64,000 bases of DNA from Oikopleura dioica (Eukaryota > Animalia > Chordata), in NCBI GenBank assembly GCA_907165135.1, contig OU015566.1:8370001-8434000 (forward strand). The letters run 5' to 3'. Positions 13,514-24,400 of this stretch are shown piece by piece; positions within the stretch are counted from its first letter, which is position 1, and each line of letters starts with the position of its first letter. The notes beneath the pieces were generated by a model. It made no database searches. It was not told where the DNA came from and saw only the letters and a program-made list of their open reading frames with translations. A program made the translations under genes and the position numbers.

Positions 13514-15239
13514 ATGTCGTACATGTTGCCCCACTTGACCAACGGCTGGCAGGTCGACCAGGCGATTCAGCACGAAGAGGACAAGGTTGATATTTTGAAT
13601 TTTGATCGGATAATTTCACGATTTCAGATCTTCACGGGAACGTTCAGGTAGTCTGCGTGCGCTTTGGACACGATTGGGACCCAACTTGCATGAAAATGGA
13701 TGAGACTCTTTACTCGGGTATGATTGACGCCTTTTATGTTCATTCAAATATCATCACCCCTTTAGTCGCTGAGAAATGCCGCAACTTCGCTTGCTTTTAC
13801 TTGGTTGATATTTCCCAAGTACCAGACTTCAACAAGATGTACGAGTTGTACGACCCATGCACGGTGATGTTCTTCTTCCGAAACAAGCACATTATGATCG
13901 ATTTGGGAACCGGTAACAACAACAAGATCAACTGGGCCATTCATGACAAGGAAGGTTTTGAAAATTGAACGAAATCAGAGATTAAATTTGGATATTTTTT
14001 ATTCGTGAATGGATTAAGATTTACACAGAGTAAAATTATGATGTCGGGTTAGAAAAAACGTCGCTTGAGTTGAGCAGACTTTTTCTTCAATGATGTGAGG
14101 ATGCCATGTTTCTTCTTTGCATCCTTGGAGGTTGATTTTCTCGCTGATTTTTTGAGCGATCGAAACACTCGAGCGTCCACTTCTCGTTTAGTTTCCGCCT
14201 CTGGGACGCTGAAGAATCGACCTCTGCGTCCGTCCATGTCAGATTTCTCTTCTAGTTCAGGACCATCGATGAAAACTTCGTCGTCGAGTGTCTCGTTGAA
14301 ACTTTTCTCAGCCTCTTCGATTTCCACTCGGCTCAAGTTGACGGTCGGGATTCTGAGATTCGTTCGGCTGGGCATGATCTTCGAGAAGTTTGATCGCTCG
14401 GCTCTAGTTTGGAACCGCAGGAGGAAAGGGCGGATAGTAGAGAAGTAGATTGCGGATTTGCCAAAGACTCGCACTCGTCTGATGCTTCGGACGGTCGAAA
14501 GATGAATTCGTGATTCAAACTCGTACTTCGGTGCGGAGAAAAATAGGAAAACATCTCCAACGACGATGAGGTGAAATTTCGACCACTCTAGGTCGCTATC
14601 GTTCATTTCATTCTTGCTACAACGGATTGGGGCTCGATAGCAAATTCCATGGAAATAATCGCCGACTTGAGCAGTTTTCGGACTCTGCTTGATTTTCGCT
14701 TCAGTGTCTTTCTTGTCAGGGCGATTCCAGCTGAAAGCGTTTGAAGGAGACATCTTTTTAGTCGAGCCTCGCAAGGAAAAACCACGTTGTTTCTTGGGAA
14801 AGTTGGATTCCTCGAAGATTTCGACTGAATCTCGTCGCTCGCCGGCGTCTTTTGGGACCATCTCGACATATTCAGGGTGAAGTGGGAGGGTAAATGCATT
14901 TGGTGCCATTTTTGGTTATTTGTTGTATTTGATGATTTTGATGAATTCTGAGAAACACACGGCCTCTTATATATTGTGGCGGCGCACTCGCTTTAGGCAA
15001 GTTGCAGGTGAGAGAAAGTGCGCGCTCCTGCAGACTTCACCTGCAGCACCTGAGCTTCTGTAATCAGTAACAAGTGAATCCTAATCGAGATTAAACTGAT
15101 AAGCTAATTTTTCGAAAAATTCAAAACCTTATTGAAGCAAGAATTCGTCGACATCGTCGAAACCGTCTACCGAGGTGCTCGAAAAGGTCGTGGTCTGGTC
15201 GTTTCACCAAAGGACTACTCCACCAAATACCAATACTAG
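13514..15239 (+). CDS. TXNL4A: DIM1 / thioredoxin-like U5 snRNP 15-kDa protein
   Basis: MSYMLPHLTNGWQVDQAI...RFGHDWDPTCMKMDE...HIMIDLGTGNNNKINWA. The last exon (EFVDIVETVYRGARKGRGLVVSPKDYSTKYQY*) starts at 15142, after a 1187-bp intron (13955-15141). Confidence 0.97.
14049..14909 (-). CDS. Intronless 286-aa protein with a PH-like central region, nested antisense in the DIM1 intron
   Basis: Uninterrupted ATG-to-stop ORF. The segment EWSKFHLIVVGDVFLFF...SRIHLSTVRSIR...PFLLRFQTRAERSNF follows the PH-domain strand/helix pattern (recalled, not searched). Confidence 0.65.
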   Translation of the reverse strand: MAPNAFTLPLHPEYVEMVPKDAGERRDSVEIFEESNFPKKQRGFSLRGSTKKMSPSNAFSWNRPDKKDTEAKIKQSPKTAQVGDYFHGICYRAPIRCSKNEMNDSDLEWSKFHLIVVGDVFLFFSAPKYEFESRIHLSTVRSIRRVRVFGKSAIYFSTIRPFLLRFQTRAERSNFSKIMPSRTNLRIPTVNLSRVEIEEAEKSFNETLDDEVFIDGPELEEKSDMDGRRGRFFSVPEAETKREVDARVFRSLKKSARKSTSKDAKKKHGILTSLKKKSAQLKRRFF

Positions 15240-15362
15240 AAGAACACTGCACCAAATATCTGCCACTTCAGAAATGATCAAAAAAGAAACCCCCCTTTTC
15301 GTTCCCTAAAGCTTTTCTCTTTTTAAGTTTTCAATTTCTTAGATTGATAAAAATCGTCAAAG

Positions 15363-16617
15363 ATGGGGAAATCGTACGAGAATTTTATGTGCAAGAAGTT
15401 CTTTCACCCTACGGCAAAACATAACATCAAGAAAGTATGGATGAGGGAACAGGAGCTTCAGCAAGAGAGCAAAGAAGAGGCCGAAGCTATCGAACAGTTC
15501 AAAAGAGAGCAAGATCTCTTCGAGACGAAGCTTCTTATGGGTGATTCGAAGGTATTATCATATTCTTGCTTTCTTTAAACATTTTAAAGGCAAAAGCTGG
15601 GTTGAGTTTCATGTATGATCAACCCGCCAGTCTCAAAAAGGACGATATGGACTTGATTGGCGAGAAGAAACAAGAGTTCAAATTCGAGTGGCAGAAAAAT
15701 GCTCCCCGAGAAAAGTATCTCAAGGACGACACAAGCGTCCAGTCAGATCAACCGTTTGGTATCGCTGTTAAAAATGTCCGATGTCTCAAGTGCAAGCAAT
15801 GGGGTCACATGAACACTGATAAGGAATGCCCTTTGTACGGACAGAGTAACTCGCTCGCGCCCACTACTTTCAAGGTAAAATTTAACTAAGCAACCCCTGT
15901 TGAACTGTAATATTTTCTTTAGGAAAAAAGTTACGGCGGTCAACTTGAATCCGGCGCTCTTACACTCAAGAACGGTGCAACTTACGAAGTAGACGATACT
16001 CTGATCGCTTCGTCTTCAAAGAAGCCTAAGAAAGATAAAAAGTCGAAGGAAGACCCTCTTGGCGATAAACTTGCGTAAGTCTCCATCCAAGAATACTTTT
16101 TTTTAAATCATTTTTAGGAATATGACTACCAAGGATAAAGAGCGTCTGCTCGAGGCACTCCGTTCTGGAAAAATGGTCAAACCAAAAAAGTCCAAAAAGG
16201 CGAAGAAAGAAAAGAAAGAGAAAAAGTCTAAAAAAGAAAAGATGGAAATCAAGGAAGAGGCTGACGTCAAACAAGAGTGAGTTAGACATTCCTTAATCCA
16301 CTACGTTCCCAGTAAGAAAAAACTCTCTAATTGTTAATAGGCGCCGTTCGCGATCATCCTCTCCAAAGCCGCGATCAAGGCGGCGTTCGAGCTCAAGCTC
16401 ACCAGATAATCGCCGACGGAAATCATCGTCGGACGAGGAATCTTCAAAAAGGAGAAGAGATCGACGCAGGTCGAGGTCGAACTCCCATGATCGTAAGAGA
16501 AGAGAACGTTCCAACTCAAGGGATCACATGAAGAAATCACGAAGAGATAGGACGCGCTCTAGGAGCAGATCGCGCTCAAGAGAAAGGAAAGGGTTGTTTG
16601 TTCTTTTGTTTTTTTAA
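15363..16617 (+). CDS. CIR1: CIR1 (corepressor interacting with RBPJ / spliceosomal factor), canonical copy with RS-rich tail
   Basis: [49 protein letters not shown] and [31 protein letters not shown]. The RS-rich last exon starts at 16341. Confidence 0.93.
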
Positions 16618-16776
16618 CCAGTTGATGGGACATAAAATCAACCATTAAAAAGACGTCGTCGATAACGATTCATCCTCTTTTCACTGCCTTTTACTGTGTC
16701 CTTTTCGATCAAATTTGAAATTTCTTTATTTCCTGTATTCATTTTAGAGATTAACTTTTAAAAAAATACTCAGAAA

Positions 16777-18588
16777 ATGTCGACTGTTCGGAAGAAACTC
16801 GTTATCGTCGGGGACGGGGCATGTGGAAAAACATGTCTTCTGATAGTTTTCAGTAAAGATGAATTCCCAGAGGTAAAACTACATTTGCATATCTTGATAA
16901 AACTGATTTTTTTCCGTAGGTGTACGTCCCAACAGTTTTTGAAAACTACGTGGCTGATATTGAAGTAGATAACAAACAGGTCAGTTTGATCTCGAATCGA
17001 ACCGTCTTTTCCAAAAACGCAATTTTCAGGTCGAGCTTGCTCTTTGGGATACAGCAGGACAAGAGGATTATGACAGGCTTCGTCCTCTCTCTTACCCAGA
17101 CACAGATGTAATTCTCATGTGCTTCGCGATTGACTCGCCAGACTCGTTAGAAAATATTCCAGAAAAATGGTTAGCTAAGAAATTAGGGGCGTTTTGATAA
17201 AGTTTAATAAGGGTTCAAGAAGTGAAACATTTCTGCCCAAATGTGCCAATTGTTCTTGTTGGTAATAAACGAGACCTGAGGGACGACCCAAGTACGATTA
17301 GGGAACTGGCAAGGATGAGTAAGTTACTCTTCCTTGATTTCTGAAATTATCAAATTTGTTTCCAGAGCAACAGCCAGTCAAATACGAAGAGGGTAAAAAC
17401 ATGGCCGATAGAATTGGAGCAAGACATTACATCGAATGCTCTGCCCTTAGTGGAGACAATGTCCGAAAAGTATTCGAGGTGAGTTAGTTTCTCTCTCTTA
17501 TCGTCGATTTTTTGATATTCTTGTCCACCACCTGCAATTCTTCAATAAGCTTTGGTAATTAGATTGCTTTATCGAAAGAATTTAAAGGGGTGTTCAGGCC
17601 TATCAGTTATTTTTAGAGCTTCTCCGTCTCTTTTTTGATATTTTTTTCTCTTTGCAGTAGATGCTTGTGATAGAATTACTTCCCTCGGTACCGTTTATAT
17701 TCGCACCGGCTGGGCGTATTGTCGCGCCAGAGAGTAGTTGCACGTTGGCGGCGCTATCAGCTGATCTAGCGATGCGCGTCGCGTTTTTGCTAACCGTAAA
17801 ATTGCGCCCTAAAAGATTGCCCGATATTTACTTCTTTGTTTACAGGTGCTTAGGCCAAGGCTGTTAGTGCCTTATCTCTAGTTGACCCGTTTATGGGAAC
17901 TGGCTTATCGGATGGAAGGCAATTTGGAGTGTTCTCATAAATCAAACTGGCATTTCAGCGTCTTGAATTGTTTCTCACAGAGCTAAACGAACAATATGTT
18001 ATCGAGTTTTGCAATCTTTGCAAAGCAATCGGTGCATAAACGTTTTATCTCACTGTCTATTTTGTCATGAAATCATAGTAGAGTTTCAATCCGTTAACTG
18101 AAAGTATCGGCGATAGAATCTACGAAAGTTTCGATAAGGATTCATGCCTTCTTACTAAAAAGTTCTAAGCCGCTTGAAAATATTTTCGCGTCTTCTTTCC
18201 TAATCCGCTAATGTAACGGGAAGATGATACAGTGTATATTTCGCTTATAGCGGGGATCGGTGGAAAGCAAATCCGCTGTAATCAAAACACTTTTTTGACG
18301 CATGATTTCACCTCCCGTAAGGAATTTGCCACTTGAAAATTCTGGTTCACCACTCTTCTCATATTCGACCATATCCGGATGAGAGGATAACTGAGTGGAA
18401 TTTCCGCATTTTTCTTCTCGCATGACTGGTTATCGACATTCCTATTGCGTATTTTATATGAAAGTCAACACTCGAGCCATGGCATCACTAGAATTTCGAG
18501 GCTAAACTACTTCTTTTAGATGGCAACAAGGGAAGCAGTAGCCAAGAAAAAGTCTCGCGCCAAGAAGACTGGATGCAATTTAGTGTAA
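16777..18588 (+). CDS. RHOA: RhoA-family small GTPase
   Basis: [44 protein letters not shown] and GNKRD. The last exon (18520-18588) ends in the CAAX box CNLV. Confidence 0.96.
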
Positions 18589-19185
18589 TTAGACTTCAAC
18601 TGACTGAAAGCATACAGTATGTTTTCCAAATTTAACGCTCTTAATTTAATTTGAAAAATTATTCATGATATTAGCCTAATCCCTTTTAAATCGCATCATT
18701 ACTGACCTCTTTCATGCTCCTTCCCTGTTTTTAACCAATTTTACCGACATACAGAGTCCGTCTTTCGTCAATTTTCAATACTTCCTGTTTACCAATTATC
18801 TGTCGCTTTTCTTCACTCGAGTACTCCCCATGAAATAAACTGTTAATTCTTTTAATCACTTCGTTACTTGCTGCGAATAAGAGCACCAGTAAAATAGAAG
18901 CGCTATTTAAAATTTCTCAAACTGACTTTTTCTTCCGCCAATTTTGCACAATCAAAACATTTTATAATAAAAATTATCATCGCAGCCGCTCAACTCGTCC
19001 TTATAACCGAAAAATAAACCATCTTCCAAGTCAAAATTAAATTATTTTATGCTCAAAATTTCAGCATCCAAATTTGCTGTCCTTTAACCCAAATCGCCTC
19101 AAACCCATTTCAACCGCATTTGCTGGTCAATAACAAGTACAATTTCAAATCAGAAGTTTTAAGAGAGTATTTATTTAGAGATTTT

Positions 19186-19619
19186 ATGCCGCTAGAGAAT
19201 TTACTGGCAAAGGCGACGTTCAGTAGAAGTAAAGAAACAGTTCACTATCAGAGGATCGATGAAGCCAGAAATTTGCTAAATGAAGAAATGAGTTTCTTAG
19301 CCATTGTTTTAAAGATATTATGAGTCGTTTCAGTGAGAATAGCAACATATTATCTAATACTAAAAAAGAAAACTTGAAAAAGGCTACTCCGATGCTGGCC
19401 GTGCGATGACCCAGCAGCTTAAAAGCGATGGATACAGGTGGCAGTCATTATCAACCGCGAATACTTTAACACTTGCAACATTTTTTCAGATTAGATGAAC
19501 TTTCTGACGACAGCGATATCGACCTCATTATGCCTCCTCTTCCTCGCGAGCAGCGTTCCTCCTTTCAGAAATTATTTTGCTGTTGCTTTGACCTGTGCTT
19601 GACTGACTCTCGCTCTTAG
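19186..19619 (+). CDS. FAM219-like small protein (5' exons uncertain)
   Basis: Spliced GYSDAGRAMTQQLKSDGYRLDELSDDSDIDLIMPP...CCC resembles the FAM219 C-terminus (QLLKDGYRLDEIPDDEDLDLIPP...CMCC). Confidence 0.7.
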
Positions 19620-19921
19620 TTTCCCATCTCATTTTATATTCTATTTGAGTTTTATTTATATTTTCAACGCTATCCTCTCGTTTTACAAAATAATCATGGT
19701 CAGAATCGTCTACAGTGCCATTGTATGAAAGAAACCTTCATTCTTCTTGTCAACAGTTCCATTCTCATACCAAACACAAAACAAAAGAAAGTCCATCTTT
19801 CAATATGAAAAATAGGCTAGAAACGAAGTGAAAGACAGATTCAAAAATGCTCGCGAAATGTTTATTTTGATTAAATTTCTTCTGAAAACTCATGTGTGTG
19901 CTCATGCAGGACGGAATTTAG

Positions 19922-21193
19922 ATGGCTCATCGGAGACGACCCGAGAAACAGCAGCCACCTGTTTTTACAAGCGAATGGTTTATCGAAAATCATGGGGATA
20001 TTGCTGCTTGGCTGGTATCAAAATAAAGTTCCTTTGATCTCTCTTTGAAATCAACAAGGAATACATTTATAATTCGACTTGTTTGATACCTTGAAAAAGC
20101 ATCGTCGTCTTCTTTATCCTTGGCCTCATGTTTCAGTTCACAAAAAACGCCGCAAATATATTTATCGCTCTTCAGTACCCTGTCGAGCCAGAAGAAGGGT
20201 ATGAAGAAACTTCAATCTCTCATCTTATTGGTCCTCGCGACTTTATTACTGTAATTTTAGTTAGAAAAAATAAATAAAAATGCTTTTATTAGTTCTTTTT
20301 CTACACGACATGTCTGATAGTTTGGCACGCAGCGCTGCAAGAATATGTTTTTGACAAGGGTGTTCGAAAGTTGAATCTTTCAAAAACCAGGACGTCGAAG
20401 TTCTCCGAACACGGGCAGCTCCTTATTTGGTTCATGCTCTCCTCTTTTTGGGGGATCTATTTATCCGCGGAAATGGACTTTCTGAAGAAGCCGACGAGCT
20501 TGTATCTAGACTGGCCGCACAATCTGCTTCCTTGGGAAGTCAAGCTCTTTTATATTTTTCAAGTAAGCCAAGTTGAATTCAAGAATTCTCTTACCATCAA
20601 CTTTATCAGTTGTCTTTCTGGATCCATCAATATCCTGAACTGTATCTCCAAAAAATCCGTGGCCAAAGTGAAATTTACAATCGCTCCATATACTCACTGG
20701 CTTATCTTGTGCTCATCGGTGCTACTTACTGTCTTGGCTTTTGGAAAAGCGGGCTGGTTTTTATCACGCTTCATTATTGCGGCGAAACTGTTTGTTTGGC
20801 GCTGAATTTAAGCTTGTGCTTTTCTATTTCAAAACAAGGTACATCCAACTTGACGACGATTAAGAAACTGTAACTTCAGTTCATTCATACCTTTCCTATG
20901 TAACTTGTGGAGTTTTCGTCTCCGTGCGAATTCTATCACTTGCTCTCGGAGTCATGGTTTTCTACCTCGGACTGGCGAAGCAAGAAGATCAAGGCTGGAA
21001 CAATCCAATAATAAGAGCACTGTTGTTCTCTTCAATCGCCTCATTACAGGTTCATTTTTCTTTGAAATTCGGCACTTTCAAAAATCAATAAACTTACATT
21101 GATCTGTCTTTTTAGCTCTATCAAATGTGGCTGTTTTTGAAAAACCGCGTGACGAAATGGCGAGAAAACAAAAAAGGTCGCAAATTATTTTGA
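19922..21193 (+). CDS. TRAM1: TRAM1/2-like translocating chain-associated membrane protein (TLC domain)
   Basis: PPVFTSEWFIENHGDI, IFIALQY, HAALQEYVFDK, SKFSEHGQL, WPHN, KLFYIFQLSFWIHQYPELYLQK and LHY all match TRAM. Confidence 0.9.
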
Positions 21194-21475
21194 CGAAGTT
21201 CTTCAAGATCACTGTATCTATACCTTTTTCTACCTATCTTAGAATTTTCCATTTCTAGCCTACCTGTGTTCATAACTTAAACCCACATTATCTAAAGCCA
21301 CACTACCTGTCAACGATTTCTTCAATCTCGCAAACTTTGTTCATCTTTTTTTAATACCAGCAAAACTGCTCTGTTCTTCATCCTGTCTGTAGTTCCATTC
21401 CTTTTTTACCGTAAAGATACTTATTATAAATTACGCGTTTCATTTTTTTTTAATTTCTTATCCCAAGAAGAAATC

Positions 21476-24400
21476 ATGGGCGACTTGGCGACGGAAATCG
21501 AGCAAATGGAGGCGGAAATCCATGCTTTGGATGATCAACTGGAGTAAGACATTTCAATTTGTTCTTTGCTTTATCTTTTGATACTAGAAATGGAGAAAAG
21601 GATGAAGATACAACGAAATCAAAGAGCATCTTCTCGAGGTACTGATTTGTGAGTTTACGTGGAGGTAAAAAGTGGTGGTTCTAGGGTTGGCAAGAACGAT
21701 TCAAGGAGGAAAGAAGACGGCGACGACGACGAAGAAAAGGAGGATGACGACAGTCCTAGAAAACGACGATCGGTGAATAAATAAAAAAATCTAATTGTTT
21801 TTAACAAAGCTCTAGCTTAAATCTGCTGTATACGAGACCGGGCGCCGAAGAGAGAGTGACATCTCCAAAGAAACGATTAAACAGGCGCAGATAGGTAAAA
21901 CACTGTTTTTTTTTTTAGGTTTACTCCCACTTTGTCCCAACGGCATTCGAAATCCTTACATGTAACCCCCATACTTCTATATATTTTCTGAAAGCCCAGA
22001 CTCTGCTGCGTGTCCTCGTCTGGGTCTCGTGACCTAGGTCAGGTCACATAACCTCAAATGACCCCGTCAAAGTTGGACTTCTCTAAAAATCATATTTTTG
22101 ACTGTTTTTTTATATTTAAAAACATTTTAAATAAATGAAAAAATGTCATTAATGTCAGTAAAGGTCACCTGAGGTCACGGTGACCTCGGATGACCTTTTT
22201 TCTTGTTTTTTTTTCAAATATGATAAAAATGAAGGAAATTCAACGGAGAATCATAAAAAACAACTTATGATGTTATTTTATAACGTTCATCACGTGAAAA
22301 CCCTCTCCGAATCGTCGCTTATTTCAATTGGTGTTCTTTTGTGTTTTTTGCTTTGCTTCTTCCCTGCTTCTTTTCCCTGATTCTGAAAATCAATCCGCTC
22401 CTTTCTAGATTTCAATTCTTCTTTTCTTTCTTCTTGATTCTCTAGACTTTTTCCTTTCCTCTCTGGCGAATCAAACGCACGAGAAACATAAAAAATCGAC
22501 ATTTGAAAAGAGCAATTTTAATTTTTGCCTCTTTTCAATATGAGAAAGAGAAAACGTCCCTGTATGAGGACCGGATGGATAAAATCGTCTGTTTTTACGT
22601 CCGAGACCTAACTATGGGTCAGAAATAAGAATATATAAAGGTTCTCCGGCAACCGGTTGTCATTGAACTAGGGTCATTGAGCCGGTTGCCGGATGGTGTG
22701 AAGTCCACGCGTTGGCACCCATAATCCGATGGTTGTGTAGGGTTATGGGTTTGATAACGAGTTTGAACAGCTCCAGATGTCAACCCCGTAGCGTAGAAAC
22801 TCGTTTCTTCGCTGTGGTTAGTAGGTAGTTACATAAAAACAGAGGTTACCATTTATTTACAATAGGTACTGTTTATTAAGTAAAGACTCGAAAATTCGGA
22901 TACACTAACCAATAAGAAACCAGTATTTTTTGCGTCAGCCAATCAGAGCCAGTATTTTTTGCGTCAGCCAATCATGGCCAGTTTTTTGCGCCAACCAACC
23001 GGAGGCCAGTATTTTTGCGTCAGCCAATCAGAGGCCAGTATTTTTGCGTCAGCCAATCAGGGCCAGTATTTTTCGCGTCAGCCAATCAGCATCTAGAAAA
23101 GATTAATTGTCCGAATTTTCGAGTTTTTATTCAATAAACAGTACCTTTTGTAGATAAATGTTAATATCTGCTTTTATGTAGCTACAAAACACGGTATTCA
23201 CACATTCTCACGAGTTACATTTAACACTTTCATGTGTTAGATGTTACTCGTGAGAAAGTGTGCGTACGTATAACCACAGAAAGAATGACGAGCTTTGCGC
23301 TACGAATCTATGGAAGACACTAAGCTGTACCCATTAACGAATTTTGTCTTACCATATCCCCCTTGACTTTTGTCAAGGATTTTCGCGACGGTCACCGTTG
23401 TCCCCAGGTCCAATAGAAAATTTTCCTTGTGTTTCGACTGTTTTATCAGTACCCGATCAACTCTCTATCTGGCAGTGGACTTTGCTTCAGACTGGCACTG
23501 TATCGGCCACGATAGGTTTTGAGAGGGATAGGCGAGCAAGGATCTTCAAGGGTGTTTTCGACTAAAGTAGTATGTGATTTGAAGATCTTTGTGTTGACTC
23601 TTGGGTCCCCATCCCCTTATTAAATTTTATTGAGACAAGAGTTTCCAAGAAATATTCTTTTCTTGTAAATGAAACTCATGGTTGCCCTAGGGTTACCGTC
23701 GCGCAGCACAGGGAGAGCCTGAACCGGATGAGGGACAAGATGTTGAGATGGAAGGAGCCGAGGAGATCGATCAGGAAAGAATGAAATCATGATATATTTT
23801 CTTTGTCAACAGATAAGGACTCGTATGATTAATCCTTTGTAAGCTTTTCCCGTATGAAGAAGGAGCACTTGATAATCTCCTGAAAGCATTTCGTCATGCG
23901 ATGGCTGTAGATGTCCGCTCACTCCCAGCCGATTCAAAGGTCCTTGTCAATCAGCTGCGCAGTATTGGTCTGGGTGATGTTGAGATGCTCCCCGAGGCAA
24001 TGAACGAAGCTGGCCTCGCGCACGTGCCGCTACCAAGAGAGCTCAATAAAAAAAGGCCGAGAGCAGTTATTCAAAATGACCAGCCGGCACAAATGACGAT
24101 CAAAAGACGGCGATCGTCAAATGTAACAGATAACCCTGCAGTCCGAGCGGTCGTGAGGGACTTCCTGGAGCATTTCTCCGACACAGCTCCTCTTCCGAGA
24201 CCGCGCGATTATGTGAAGGGTGTCGATGGAGAGCTTGTACTGAAGCATTACCTGATGTTCTCAGGGAATCAAATGTTTGATCTCTACGAAGAAGTGCAAG
24301 ATCCTGAAGAACGCGTGAGCAGATCAGCTTTTTTGAAGATTATGAAGTCTTTGAAAATTTTTGTGCAGCCATCTGAAAGAATGCTAAAGACTTGCGCTTG

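Noticed and set aside
22920-23090. CRISPR-like array
   Set aside because: The units are directly tandem with no unique spacers, the context is eukaryotic, and there are no cas genes.
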